Source of the DNA: an uncultured Verrucomicrobiae bacterium
Lineage (GTDB): Bacteria > Verrucomicrobiota > Verrucomicrobiia > Limisphaerales > Palsa-1400
Direction: 5' to 3'
NCBI GenBank assembly: GCA_963764165.1
Contig: CAVXRD010000001.1
Coordinates: 1,649,649-1,713,648, forward strand
Length of the DNA stretch: 64,000 bases
Shown in pieces: positions 31,609-42,241 of the stretch (its first letter is position 1; every line of letters begins with the position of its first letter). The notes under the pieces were generated by a model. The model did no database searches and was not told the origin of the DNA. It saw only the letters and a list, made by a program, of their open reading frames with translations. The position numbers and the translations under genes are program-made.

Positions 31609-32484
31609 TTAGTTTTGCGGAGTGCGGGCCGCCAGCCAAAGCATGTCCGGGTCGTTGATCAAACACGAAACCTGATCCGCGCCTTGGAAAGTCACCCTTG
31701 TGTGGGCTTTCATCACCGGGCCGTTCCAGCTATGGATTTCAGCATGGCCATCCGCGAACGTCAAGCCGCACCGTCCGGCATGCTGGTTTCCGGGAAGTTC
31801 TGTGAAGCTGGTGACGGGATAGGACGCCGTGTAAAGAATGGTGTCATCAATGCTGTCGGGATGCTCGTCCATGACCAGCCAGGAGCCGGAAGGGCCGGGC
31901 GTGTGAAAATCACCGGTCTTTTTGGCCACAAACCAATTGGTCCAGCCGAAAGGCTCCGGCGCATCATATTTGGCGCCGTCGCCAATCGCCGCGTTCATGG
32001 CGATGCTGCGAACCCGGTGGCTCCATCCAAAACTGCGCTGAACCGGGCTTACAAAATTGGCGGCCGGACAAGCGTAAATTTTTGGGTTTTTCGCGATGTA
32101 AGGCCCGAGCGAAGCGTACGTTTCGCTGACGATGAGAGCTTCGTTGGTATTGTACAAGCCCGCCGTCCAATCGATTTTGCCGCTCGCCCACGAAATTGTG
32201 CCGTTGTAAGCAATGGACCCGCTGAACTGAAAGTCGTTGTTGAACGCCACGCATTCCCGGAAATCCCCGGCATACATCGTCCAGGCGACGCCGACTTGTT
32301 TTTTATCGCTCATGCAGGAAGTGGCCACGGCCTGTTCCTTGGCGTTGCTGAGCGCGGGCAGCAGCAAGGCGGCTAGAATGGCGATGATCGCAATCACCAC
32401 CAGAAGTTCGATCAAGGTGAAAGCTTTTTTTGGAGAGGGCTGTCCCGGTCCATTGATGCTGCTCTGGCGGAATAGTGTTTTCAT
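31609..32484 (-). CDS. Prepilin-type N-terminal cleavage/methylation protein with H-X9-DG motif
   Basis: [54 protein letters not shown]. Start is 32484 or 32538. Confidence 0.9.
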   Translation of the reverse strand: MKTLFRQSSINGPGQPSPKKAFTLIELLVVIAIIAILAALLLPALSNAKEQAVATSCMSDKKQVGVAWTMYAGDFRECVAFNNDFQFSGSIAYNGTISWASGKIDWTAGLYNTNEALIVSETYASLGPYIAKNPKIYACPAANFVSPVQRSFGWSHRVRSIAMNAAIGDGAKYDAPEPFGWTNWFVAKKTGDFHTPGPSGSWLVMDEHPDSIDDTILYTASYPVTSFTELPGNQHAGRCGLTFADGHAEIHSWNGPVMKAHTRVTFQGADQVSCLINDPDMLWLAARTPQN

Positions 32485-32770
32485 TTTGCCGAACTGCCGG
32501 CCAGCCTTCGATGAACGCAGATTTAGGCGGCAATTCATAATTATATTTTACGGGCTGTTTCATGTTGAATTTACAACGCCGCCAATTTCCTGACAGTCGC
32601 ATGAATTGGGGACAGGAAAGATTTCATCTGGAACTCATGAAATCAGGAAAGAGGCCCGGAGAACTTTATAACTCCCCTGTTTCCCATTCCTCCCATCCGC
32701 TTCGCTGAGTCGAATAACTTTTTTTGTTCGCCACCGGAGCGCTATTTCCCCATAATGCCTCTCGAACCCT

Positions 32771-35700
32771 GTGAACGGCGTCGCAAAACCATCGGCAATA
32801 ATCGCCCTCCTGCTCCTGCCATTGTTTCTTGCTTTCCAGGCTGGCGCGGTCGTTTTGTGGAGCAATTATGATCCCATCACCGTTCATGCCAACGGCCCCG
32901 GGGCCGACTTGCTTGGGGGCGCGGTAAAACGGGACGAGGCGGCCACGGACACGCTCTATTTCAAATTCCACGTTGATCCCATTTCCGACCAGACAACCGA
33001 GCCGTACTTTGCGGCGCTGGAACTCTACGAGGATGATGTTCAACGCCTCGGCGTGGGCAATGCGCTGGACGCCTGGGCTTACAGCGCTTTCTTTCCCGGC
33101 GCGCAAAGCAGCGGCGTTCCCCCGGCCGGTTATTTGGATTTGCGCACAAGCCATCCCGAGCCGGACTCCGCTGGGCGCACGTCGAACTACCAGTGTCCGC
33201 ATCGTGGCGAGCCCGTCACGATTGTGTTCAAGATTCAATATGTTCCAAACGGCGAGGATCTCGCGACCGTCTGGCTGAATCCCGATCTCGGCCCGGGCGC
33301 CAACGAAATAAATCAGGCCGAAGCGTTGACGACTCGATTCAATGTCAACGCTTCCTTCGACGAACTTCGGCTGCGCCACGGCGGCAATGGCGGCGGCTGG
33401 ATATTCAGCGATCTGGCCATTGCCACGGCCTTCAGCGATTTCGTGGATTCCAGCAGCACCCAGCCGGCGGGCAGCGTGGCCAATCTCGCTCAAAACATCG
33501 ACTCGCTCCAATTTCAATCCTGGCTGAAAAACCAAGGATTGCCGCGCGTGACGGTGGATGCCATCCAGCAAACGCGCGACGGGTATTTGTGGATTGACGC
33601 CGATGGCACTGTGGCGCGTTTTGACGGTTTGAGATTTGTTCCGCTGGCCACTCGGCCGACTGAGACAAATTCTTCCACGCGGACAATATTCGCGGACAGC
33701 CAGGGCGCGCTCTGGGTGGGTGTTTCGAACGGCTTGCAGCGCTGGCAGCACGGCGTGGCAACAGCGCTGACCCTGAACGATGGTTTGCCCAACACACACG
33801 TCACCGCCGTCAACGAAGACGCGCAGGGCAATGTCTGGATCGGCACGACCGCCGGCCTGGCAGTGTGGAACAACGGACGATTGATGCCTTTGCCTGATGC
33901 AAAAAGAATTCTTGGCCGCGCCATCACTGCCATCTTCAGGGATCACAAAAACCGGATGTGGCTGGTCGCGCAAGACTCGGAGATTCTTGAGTTTGACCAC
34001 GATCACTTTGTTCCAATCGCCGATGACGCCTTCCGGGAGTGGAAGGCTGGCATCCACGCATTGCTGGTCGATGGCCAGGACCGGCTCTGGCTTGCCGCCG
34101 GCGAGGATGGGGTGTTGTGCCGGGACCGTGACGGCTGGCGGCATTATCGGCTTCCGAAACGCATCACCGGCTCTCGCGTCAAAGCGCTGGCGGAAGAAGC
34201 CGACGGCACAATTTGGGCTGGCGGAGCTGGCGGGTTGTTTCTGTTTTCAAACGGGAAATTTTCCGCCGTTCCGGCCAGCAGCAAATTGGCCGGAAGCGTG
34301 ATTCAGTCCTTGTTTGTGGCTCGCGACGGAGCGTTGTGGGCTGGCACGGATGAAGGGTTGAATCGCTTGCAGCACAAATGTCTTTTTCCGCTGGGACAAG
34401 GCGAGGGACTTGGCTTCGGCCCGGTGCAGGGATTGGCGCAGGTCTCTTCCAGTGTGCTGTGGGCGGCGCGGGCAGGTGACGGCATTTATCGCTGGGATGG
34501 GCGCGAATTCAGCAGGTTGAGGGCGGCGGGACTTTCAGCCCACAACTCGCAGGCCAACGCCCTGCTCGTGGCCCACGATGGCGTTTGCTGGGTCGGAAGC
34601 ACAGGCGGATTGCTGCGCTACAAAGATCCCGTCGCGGCCGCGGATGAGGTCGCCTGGTTTGAACTTCCGGGAGAGGACATCATTTCGCTGGCTGAGGATC
34701 ACGAAGGGGCTTTGTGGGCGGGCACAAGAACGGGGCGGCTGTGCCAATTGCACGAAGGAGCCTGGCTCACCAACAGCTCGCTTTCAATTTCCAATCCAAT
34801 CTGCGTCATCCTGCCCGACGGCAGCGGCTCGATCTGGATTGGCACAGACGGGCGCGGCCTCGTCCGAATGGATGAACACGGCGCAACTTTTTTTGGCAAA
34901 AACGAAGGGCTCGCCAGCAAGACAGTGCTCGCGCTTTATTTGGATGCGCGCGGCGCCCTCTGGATCGGCACCGCAGAAGGTTTAAGCTGCCGGCGCGGTG
35001 AGAAAATTTCGCATTTCACCGCCGCCGACGGACTTCCCGACAATCCTGTCTCGCAGATTCTCGAAGACGCCATGGGCAGGCTCTGGCTCGGCACCAGCCA
35101 GGGCATCGCTTGCGTTCCCAAAGAGCAACTGGAGGATTTCGCGTCCGGCAAAATCGAGAGGGTTCACCCAAAAATATTTAATCACGCCGATGGCATGCCC
35201 TCGGACGAATGCACGGGCGGCTTTTGCCCCGCCGCCTTGAAAAGCCGGTCAGGGCTGCTTTGGTTTCCATCGACAAAAGGCATCACCGTCATCTCCCCGC
35301 AGAGCTGGCCGGCGCAAGACCACGCGCCCGCCGCCGTGATTGAGGAAATCCTGCTGGATGGCGTTCCCGAAAACGTGCCGCCCGACGCCACGAAACTTAC
35401 GATACCACCCGGCAAGCACCGATTGGAATTGGTCTACACCAGCCCCCGGTTCGATGCTCCCAGCGCCGTCCGGTTCCGCTACAAATTGGAGAATTGGGAC
35501 GCCGATTGGATCGACGCGGGCACAAGCCGCAGCGTCGTGTATAATTTCATCCCGCCCGGCCAGTATCATTTTCACATCAGCGCCTGCAGCCGCGATGGCA
35601 TCTGGGCGGACGCCGAAACCGGCATTCAATTGGTGTTCGAAAGACACTTCTGGCAATCGACGTGGTTCATCGCCACCGCCGCACTCGCGCTGTTGTCCGG

Positions 35701-36448
35701 AGTCGGCGCGGCGGTAAGATTGGTGGAGCGGGAGAAGGCGAAGTCCCGGCTCAACCGCCTCGAGCAGGAGCGCGCCCTGGAGCGGGAGCGCACGCGCATC
35801 GCCCAGGATTTGCATGACGAAATGGGAGCCAAGCTGTGCCGGATTTCTTTTTTGAGCGAGCACGCCCGCCGCGACACCATCAACCCGGCGGAAATGCAGG
35901 AGCAGATCAAATCCATTTCCGACGATTCGCGCGAAGTCCTGCATTCGCTCGACGAAATCGTCTGGGTCGTCAATCCTCTCAACGACACTCTTGAACATTC
36001 AACTTCCTATCTCGCGCAATTCGCCCAGGAGTATTTTTCGATGACCGGCGTCGAGTGTGACTTGGTCGTGCCGACGCAAATGCCGCCTCATCCGGTTTCC
36101 TCGCAGGTGCGGCACCATCTTTTTCTGGCGGTGCGGGAAGCGATGGCTAATATCCTCAAACACTCCGCCGCCACCCGCGCCCGGATTTCCATCGCCGAGA
36201 AAAGCGGCAATCTGGAAATCTCCGTGAGGGACAACGGCAGGGGTTTCGACTCGAAGACGGAAACGCCCAACGGCTTCAACTCGAACCATTCGCACGATGG
36301 CTTGCGGAACATGACCAAACGAATCACGGACATAGGCGGACAATGCGTTATCGAGTCCACCGTTGGTGTGGGCACGACAATAACGTTTGTGCTGCCGCTC
36401 GAAAACGCCGCGAACAAGATGACTTATGATAACGGTTTCCATCGTTGA
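32771..36448 (+). CDS. Sensor histidine kinase: extra N-terminal domain, beta-propeller repeats, Y_Y_Y domain, TM, HisKA_3 and HATPase
   Basis: Repeated D..G.LW.GT..GL, FRYKLE.WD.DW, ERTRIAQDLHDEMG, EAMANILKH, DNGRGF. Confidence 0.93.
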   Translation: MNGVAKPSAIIALLLLPLFLAFQAGAVVLWSNYDPITVHANGPGADLLGGAVKRDEAATDTLYFKFHVDPISDQTTEPYFAALELYEDDVQRLGVGNALDAWAYSAFFPGAQSSGVPPAGYLDLRTSHPEPDSAGRTSNYQCPHRGEPVTIVFKIQYVPNGEDLATVWLNPDLGPGANEINQAEALTTRFNVNASFDELRLRHGGNGGGWIFSDLAIATAFSDFVDSSSTQPAGSVANLAQNIDSLQFQSWLKNQGLPRVTVDAIQQTRDGYLWIDADGTVARFDGLRFVPLATRPTETNSSTRTIFADSQGALWVGVSNGLQRWQHGVATALTLNDGLPNTHVTAVNEDAQGNVWIGTTAGLAVWNNGRLMPLPDAKRILGRAITAIFRDHKNRMWLVAQDSEILEFDHDHFVPIADDAFREWKAGIHALLVDGQDRLWLAAGEDGVLCRDRDGWRHYRLPKRITGSRVKALAEEADGTIWAGGAGGLFLFSNGKFSAVPASSKLAGSVIQSLFVARDGALWAGTDEGLNRLQHKCLFPLGQGEGLGFGPVQGLAQVSSSVLWAARAGDGIYRWDGREFSRLRAAGLSAHNSQANALLVAHDGVCWVGSTGGLLRYKDPVAAADEVAWFELPGEDIISLAEDHEGALWAGTRTGRLCQLHEGAWLTNSSLSISNPICVILPDGSGSIWIGTDGRGLVRMDEHGATFFGKNEGLASKTVLALYLDARGALWIGTAEGLSCRRGEKISHFTAADGLPDNPVSQILEDAMGRLWLGTSQGIACVPKEQLEDFASGKIERVHPKIFNHADGMPSDECTGGFCPAALKSRSGLLWFPSTKGITVISPQSWPAQDHAPAAVIEEILLDGVPENVPPDATKLTIPPGKHRLELVYTSPRFDAPSAVRFRYKLENWDADWIDAGTSRSVVYNFIPPGQYHFHISACSRDGIWADAETGIQLVFERHFWQSTWFIATAALALLSGVGAAVRLVEREKAKSRLNRLEQERALERERTRIAQDLHDEMGAKLCRISFLSEHARRDTINPAEMQEQIKSISDDSREVLHSLDEIVWVVNPLNDTLEHSTSYLAQFAQEYFSMTGVECDLVVPTQMPPHPVSSQVRHHLFLAVREAMANILKHSAATRARISIAEKSGNLEISVRDNGRGFDSKTETPNGFNSNHSHDGLRNMTKRITDIGGQCVIESTVGVGTTITFVLPLENAANKMTYDNGFHR

Positions 36449-37061
36449 CGACGAAAGCAAGCTGCGGGAATCCATCGCGACGTTCGTCAACGGCTCGCCT
36501 GGCTTCCGGTGTGTCAGCAGCTACGGCTCGGCTGAAGCCGCGCTGAAACAATTGCCCGCCGACAAACCGGACGTCGTGCTCATGGATATCAACCTCGGCG
36601 CAGTCAGCGGCATCGAGTGCGTGGAAGAATTAAAGAAGCGCTTCCCGGACATGCAAATCCTGATGCTGACCGTTTACGAGGACACCGAGAAAATCTTTCG
36701 CGCCCTGGCGGCGGGCGCCAGCGGCTACCTCTTGAAACGCTCCAGCCCCTCGACTCTTCTTGCCGCCATCAAGGAAGTTCATGGGGGCGGCTCGCCCATG
36801 ACGAGCTCCATCGCCCGCAAGGTTGTGGGATCTTTCCAGAAACAGAAACCGGTCGCGGATGCCAGTGGCGAAATCAAAGGCCAATTGTCACCCCGCGAGC
36901 AAGCCGTGCTGGACGGCCTGGCCAAAGGCTGGACCTACAAACAGCTCGCCAGCGAATTGGACATAAGCATCGACACCATCCGCACCTATATCCGGCGCAT
37001 CTATGAAAAGCTGCATGTGCAATCCCGCACCGAGGCCGTCGCAAAATACATGCGGTCGTGA
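36426..37061 (+). CDS. NarL/LuxR-family response regulator
   Basis: IVDD, LMDINL, GYLLK, C-terminal LSPRE..GWTYKQLA..LDIS.DT HTH; overlaps the kinase 3' end. Confidence 0.95.
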   Translation: MITVSIVDDESKLRESIATFVNGSPGFRCVSSYGSAEAALKQLPADKPDVVLMDINLGAVSGIECVEELKKRFPDMQILMLTVYEDTEKIFRALAAGASGYLLKRSSPSTLLAAIKEVHGGGSPMTSSIARKVVGSFQKQKPVADASGEIKGQLSPREQAVLDGLAKGWTYKQLASELDISIDTIRTYIRRIYEKLHVQSRTEAVAKYMRS

Positions 37062-37158
37062 ATGTTTGCGCTGGCCGACGACTCATCAAAGCGCTGAAAG
37101 CGCGTCTTCGGAAGATGCCGGGGGCATCATAGATTGCAGCCCGCCAGCAGGTTAAAAC

Positions 37159-37188
37159 AGCGGGCGGTGACAAATCACCACCCGCTTC
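37159..37188. terminator. Hairpin between convergent genes
   Basis: agcgggcggtga-caaa-tcaccacccgct. Confidence 0.45.
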
Positions 37189-37219
37189 CAATTAGGGCTT
37201 TAATTTCTTGCCGAGCTTC

Positions 37220-39844
37220 TTACTTGCCCGCGACGCGATAGAAACGATCCGTGCCGGACGCGGTCGTATCCGTATAGCTGGCCGACGTGCCGGATGCGAC
37301 GATCGGCGCACCGAGATTCGTCCAAGGGCCGGTCAGCGCTGCGGCGTATTGCACCTGATACGTGTGGCTCGGGACAGCCGCCCACGAGAGCGTAAACCCG
37401 GTGCTGTCAGTTCCAGTGAAGCTCGTGATGGTGAAAGGCACCAGCGGCACGCTGTAGGTCAGCGCCACAATGCCGTTATTGACATCCAGCGAGTAAATGC
37501 GCGGATACTTGATCACCGTTGCGCCGTTGTCCTGGCTGTTGCCGTTGTTCGACGGGAAAAACGCCTGGTCGAACATGTAAGGCGCCGTATTGGTCGCGGA
37601 TCCGAGGACAAACAGCGAAAGATCGTTCGGAATGTCATTGAAGGTAATGCCCGCGAGAACATTGTTGATCGGATCCACCGCGATTGCGGACATGGACGAA
37701 AAGGCAGCTGCGCCGTTGGTCGCCGTCGAAATGTCCTGCAACACAGAGCAATTGCCCGACACAGGGTCAAACGCGATCTGCCGCAGGTCATAGCCGGGGC
37801 TCTTGGCCCAGAAGGTGTTTCCAGCGCCGAAGCAGATGCCAAGGCTGCAGAAGCCGGCCGGAACTCCCGCTGTGTTGGTAATGGTCAGAAGCGTCGGATA
37901 GAACGTGACGCCATCGGGAGTCGTCATCAAAACCGCGTTCGTCGACGGGCCACCCAAATAGCCGTCATAGCTGCCTAGGAGAATTTCTGTATTCACCCCT
38001 GCGCCTCGAACGGCCATTGTATCGCCCCAGCGATCTTCGCCCTCGGAGCCACTTGGATCGCCAGGACCATAAGCATACTGCGGAGTCGCATTCGAATTCA
38101 CGGATGACCATGAAAAGATGGCGAAGCTGCCCGCAGTGGAGCCCGTGTCAAACAGGTTGCAGGCATAGACCACGCCGTCATCCGCCACCCCGACTTGGTC
38201 GAGATTGAATTGGTTGCCGGAGACCCCGATGCCGAGGGTGTTCATCGTAAACAAATTTGAACCGGTGTTCGCATCAAGGACGTAGATGCCAATGTCCGTC
38301 CCTTTATCCGCCACCAAAACCGTTGACGTATTGGTGTCGTAGGCCAGGCCGCGGGTGTCGTAACTGGTCGAATCAAGATAAGGATAAGCACCCGTGCCAT
38401 TGCTCGGGGCAATCTTCCAGAGCACCGAAACACCGGGGCTGGAAATTGGCGCAGTCACCGTCAGTTCAGCCGGGATGCTGGAGGTCACGCCGCCGCGGTT
38501 GGAAATGACAACGTCATACCATCCGGAGTTCGTCACGCTCAGAGGGCTCAGGGTAAAGCTGGCGTTCGTCGCGCCAACAATATTCTCGGCAGTGTCCAGA
38601 TTGCTTTCGCTGTTGTACTGCCATTGATACGAAATCGGAAGAGTCCCCGTCGCGGAGACGCTGAACGAAAAGGAGCCGACGTTGGTATAAACCGCGCCGC
38701 CAGTTGGCTCGGTTGTAATCGTCGGGGGAATGGCGGCCGCCGTGTAAACAATGGCCGTTCCTTGCAAGCCAGCGCTGGTGTCCATGGTAAAAATGGCATT
38801 TGTTCCGGCCAGGGCGACATCGCCTGTTTCGTTTCCGTTGATGGATGTGCTTGTGCCAAAGCTCGTGCCGCCCGAAACGAGCGAGGCCATCGCGCTGAAG
38901 TTTGCCGCGGGCAGGCTGTAGAGGTAGATATTGGTGGATGCATTCGGATGCGCTGCCATCAGCCCAGCCGATGCGTTATAGGAAATATCAACCCAATTGC
39001 CGGCGAAACCCGAATTGGTCGCGATCGTCGTGGCTGCAACCGGGCTGCTGAGGCTGGCGAAGTTCGACGGGAATTGCACCAAATACAAATTGCCCGCCGC
39101 GCCATCTGGATTCACCATGAATGTATTGTTCGTGTAGAATGCAAAACCAAGTTGAACTCCACTGCCTGGCGTCGGCAGGCCCGTGACTGCCAGAACTGTC
39201 GGTGTGAAATTCGTGCCGTCTGCTGTGCTCAGCAGAACGTAATCATTCTTTCCGTTGATAACGGCCAGAATCATCGTATTTGACCCACCGCCAGTGATCG
39301 CAAATGTATCGCCGATTCGAACCGACCCGCTGGCGGTAAAGTTCGCAATCGCATCCCCTGCCGTCGTTGAATAGGCAACGTAAGGCGCCGAACTTAAGTT
39401 CGTGAAGGCATATAGTTTATACGGCGTGCTGCCATTCACGGCAGTTTGAAGGTTTGCGCCATAGAGAATGCCATTGGTGCCAAACCCAATTTTGTTCATG
39501 GCAAAATTGCCGCCTGAAATAATCGAATATCCGCTGTAATTCAACACGCCGTTGGAAGTTCCCGTGCCGCCGTCATAGAACTCAATGATTTTGGTGCTCT
39601 TGTTATTCACCAAAACTTGGTTGCTGAATGGATCGTAGCACATGCCGCGGGTATCGTTTGCGGTATCGATGTTGTTGGTCGTTGGCGAGGCGGCCGCTAT
39701 CTGCGTCCATTCGTTGCTCAACCCGTACGTCTGGGCATGGGCTTGAGGAGCGAGTCCAGCCGCAGCCAAGGCCAGGGCCGGGAGGAACTTGAGCCACGAG
39801 GCTCTGCTTTTTGTGGAGGAATCGGAGTTTTGTTCGTGTTTCAT
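37220..39844 (-). CDS. Secreted protein with two beta-propeller-like (DUF4623-like) repeats, an Ig domain and RFYR C-terminal domain
   Basis: Signal peptide ending AHA-Q; two DTRG(M/L).YD...VLV units; GTLPISYQW..Y.VVISN Ig domain; tail TYQVQY...W...DRFYRV. Confidence 0.8.
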   Translation of the reverse strand: MKHEQNSDSSTKSRASWLKFLPALALAAAGLAPQAHAQTYGLSNEWTQIAAASPTTNNIDTANDTRGMCYDPFSNQVLVNNKSTKIIEFYDGGTGTSNGVLNYSGYSIISGGNFAMNKIGFGTNGILYGANLQTAVNGSTPYKLYAFTNLSSAPYVAYSTTAGDAIANFTASGSVRIGDTFAITGGGSNTMILAVINGKNDYVLLSTADGTNFTPTVLAVTGLPTPGSGVQLGFAFYTNNTFMVNPDGAAGNLYLVQFPSNFASLSSPVAATTIATNSGFAGNWVDISYNASAGLMAAHPNASTNIYLYSLPAANFSAMASLVSGGTSFGTSTSINGNETGDVALAGTNAIFTMDTSAGLQGTAIVYTAAAIPPTITTEPTGGAVYTNVGSFSFSVSATGTLPISYQWQYNSESNLDTAENIVGATNASFTLSPLSVTNSGWYDVVISNRGGVTSSIPAELTVTAPISSPGVSVLWKIAPSNGTGAYPYLDSTSYDTRGLAYDTNTSTVLVADKGTDIGIYVLDANTGSNLFTMNTLGIGVSGNQFNLDQVGVADDGVVYACNLFDTGSTAGSFAIFSWSSVNSNATPQYAYGPGDPSGSEGEDRWGDTMAVRGAGVNTEILLGSYDGYLGGPSTNAVLMTTPDGVTFYPTLLTITNTAGVPAGFCSLGICFGAGNTFWAKSPGYDLRQIAFDPVSGNCSVLQDISTATNGAAAFSSMSAIAVDPINNVLAGITFNDIPNDLSLFVLGSATNTAPYMFDQAFFPSNNGNSQDNGATVIKYPRIYSLDVNNGIVALTYSVPLVPFTITSFTGTDSTGFTLSWAAVPSHTYQVQYAAALTGPWTNLGAPIVASGTSASYTDTTASGTDRFYRVAGK

Positions 39845-39912
39845 AGTGTTGAGGTGGTCTGTTCTGCAGTTTGTCGGGGAGCGGAAGAAATTCCAATGGA
39901 CATCGCTCAGAG

Positions 39913-40845
39913 CTAATTGACGTCAAAGACCGGGACGGTGACTGTCAGGCGTTTATTATCGGGATCGGAAGCCGGATTTGGGCACGGCGCCTGGTCACCC
40001 GGGGCCGGATCCGACCCGTTGTCAGGAATCGCATTGTCCTGAATGATGGCGCTGCCAAGCCATTTCCAATGCTCCGCGTGCCCATCCGCAAAGGAGAGAT
40101 TGCAGCCGTTGTTATGGCGGCTGGCCGGGAGATTCCAAAAAGTTGACACCGACGAATTCGGGATCAGAATTGTTCCGGTGGGATCGAGAGTTGGCGGGTT
40201 GATGCCGATCGCGTTGTTGTCGATGCTGTTGACCGCCTCATCGAGGAAGACCGAAGCCCCCACAGGGCTCGGCAAGTGAATCTGCGTGAAACGAACAAAG
40301 GAGCCATTTGTTGCAGTTTGCAAGGGGTTATTATCCATCCAATTCATGCCGGTGCTCATGGAATAGCTTCGATTGCGCAGAACAGGGGCGCTCGCAGAGT
40401 TCACGGTGGAAACATCCGTCGGGCAGTGGTAGATGGCGGCGCTGTTGTTGTACGGCCAGAGCAGCCCATGCGTAATGGCGCCGGTGTTGGTATCTTGACG
40501 GACATTGCCCGACCATGAGCCCACCCCCAATTGAGTGCCCGAGGAAACCCAAGCGTCGGCACCGCAAGTGGGATTGCCCTTTGTGAAATTATTGACGATG
40601 TAGTCCTTGTAATCCCCAGCATACATCGTCCACGCGATAGTAAGCTGCTTGTGATTGCTAAGGCAGTTGGTCGACTGGGCCGCCGACTTAGCCTTGGCCA
40701 GCGCGGGCAAAAGCAGCGCGGCAAGAATGGCGATGATCGCAATCACGACCAGCAATTCGATAAGGGTGAAGCCTTGTTGGGGGCGTTTATTTATGCCCTT
40801 CCGAATAATTGGGCTCGTTCGATTAATTTTTTGGATTTTGCTCAT
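39913..40845 (-). CDS. Second prepilin-type N-terminal cleavage/methylation protein with H-X9-DG motif
   Basis: [54 protein letters not shown]. Start taken at ATG 40845. Confidence 0.9.
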   Translation of the reverse strand: MSKIQKINRTSPIIRKGINKRPQQGFTLIELLVVIAIIAILAALLLPALAKAKSAAQSTNCLSNHKQLTIAWTMYAGDYKDYIVNNFTKGNPTCGADAWVSSGTQLGVGSWSGNVRQDTNTGAITHGLLWPYNNSAAIYHCPTDVSTVNSASAPVLRNRSYSMSTGMNWMDNNPLQTATNGSFVRFTQIHLPSPVGASVFLDEAVNSIDNNAIGINPPTLDPTGTILIPNSSVSTFWNLPASRHNNGCNLSFADGHAEHWKWLGSAIIQDNAIPDNGSDPAPGDQAPCPNPASDPDNKRLTVTVPVFDVN

Positions 40846-41094
40846 GGAGCGGCAAGGGACACCGTTTGCTTCAAATAAGGAGAGTGCCCGTCCACCGGCC
40901 AGGAAGTCAAGGAATTTCCCCAGGCTTTCGGCGGTTCCGCCCCCGCGTCTTATTTTGTTATACAAATCTTCGTTTCGCTCGTTTGCTTGGTTCGAAAGCA
41001 GGGCCATGAACGGCATTTCCCCTATGCCCAATTCCCGGAGAACCCCGATTGTCGCCGTTCTCCTCTCGTGTAAATTGATTTCGTTGTTTGGGGG

Positions 41095-41140
41095 ATAATA
41101 ACCCGCTTGGTGTTTGGTTGCGCCAGGCGGGTTTTTTGTT
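41095..41140. terminator. Rho-independent terminator-like hairpin downstream of ilvC
   Basis: aacccgcttggtg..cgccaggcgggtt flanked by A/T-rich tracts, just past the ilvC stop. Confidence 0.65.
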
Positions 41141-41146
41141 TCAAAC

Positions 41147-42172
41147 CTAATACGCGGCCTGCACGCCTTTGACGGCGCGCTTCTTCATCCACGGCATGAG
41201 AGAGCGCAGGCGTTCGCCAACTTTTTCGATGGAATGCTTTTCGCCCGCCTTGAGCAGGGCGTTGTATTTCTTGTAACCGCCGTTGTATTCGTTGACCCAG
41301 CCCTTGGCGAATTTGCCCGTCTGAATATCCTTCAACGCCGCTTTCATCCGTTTCTTCACGCCTGCGTCGATGATTTTCGGCCCGACGCTCACGTCGCCCC
41401 ACTTCGCCGTTTCAGAAATCGAGAAGCGCATGCCGCTGATGCCGGCTTCGTTCATTAAATCCGCAATCAATTTCAATTCGTGCAGGCACTCGAAATACGC
41501 CATCTCAGGCTGATAACCCGCTTCGACCAGCGTCTCGTATCCCGCCATCACCAGCGCCGAAGCGCCGCCGCAAAGCACCGTTTGCTCGCCGAACAAATCC
41601 GTCTCCGTCTCTTCCTTGAAGGTGGTTTGGATGACGCCGGCGCGGGTTGCGCCGATGCCCTTGGCCCACGCTAGCGCAATCTTTTTGGATTGCTTGCTTG
41701 GATCCTGAAAAATGGCGATCAAGGCCGGCACGCCTTTGCCTTCAACATATTGGCGGCGCACGATGTGCCCCGGCCCTTTCGGCGCGACGAGGATGACGTT
41801 GACATCCTTCGGCGGAACGACGGTTTTGAAATGAATCGAAAACCCGTGCGAGAACAGCAGCGTTTTGCCCTTGGTCAGATTCGGCGCAATATCCGTGTCA
41901 TACACGCGCGCCTGCTTCGTGTCTGGAATGGCGACGAAAATGACGTCGGCCCGGCGGACGGCTTCGCCGGTGCTCACGACTTCAAAGCCGTTCGATTCGG
42001 CAACTGGCTTGGATTTGCTGCCTTCGTAAAGGCCGATGATGACGTTGCAGCCGCTGTCCTTCAAATTCAGCGCGTGCGCATGGCCCTGTGAGCCGAAGCC
42101 CAGCACAGCGAGCGTTTTTCCCTGGAAAATGGCGAGATCTGCATCTTTGTCTGAGAATACTTTTGCGGGCAT
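41147..42172 (-). CDS. ilvC: Ketol-acid reductoisomerase
   Basis: [40 protein letters not shown]. Confidence 0.98.
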   Translation of the reverse strand: MPAKVFSDKDADLAIFQGKTLAVLGFGSQGHAHALNLKDSGCNVIIGLYEGSKSKPVAESNGFEVVSTGEAVRRADVIFVAIPDTKQARVYDTDIAPNLTKGKTLLFSHGFSIHFKTVVPPKDVNVILVAPKGPGHIVRRQYVEGKGVPALIAIFQDPSKQSKKIALAWAKGIGATRAGVIQTTFKEETETDLFGEQTVLCGGASALVMAGYETLVEAGYQPEMAYFECLHELKLIADLMNEAGISGMRFSISETAKWGDVSVGPKIIDAGVKKRMKAALKDIQTGKFAKGWVNEYNGGYKKYNALLKAGEKHSIEKVGERLRSLMPWMKKRAVKGVQAAY

Positions 42173-42241
42173 AATTTTATTAGTTAAGTGAAATGACTGT
42201 TTTTCGATTCGTTTTGTTTCAATTCAATTCGGCGGCATTGA

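Noticed and set aside
32666..34144. 492-aa minus-strand ORF
   Set aside because: Antisense to the sensor kinase, with no independent signal.
31609..40845. Type II secretion or type IV pilus machine
   Set aside because: Only pilin-like substrates are present; no ATPase, secretin, platform protein or prepilin peptidase is in the window.
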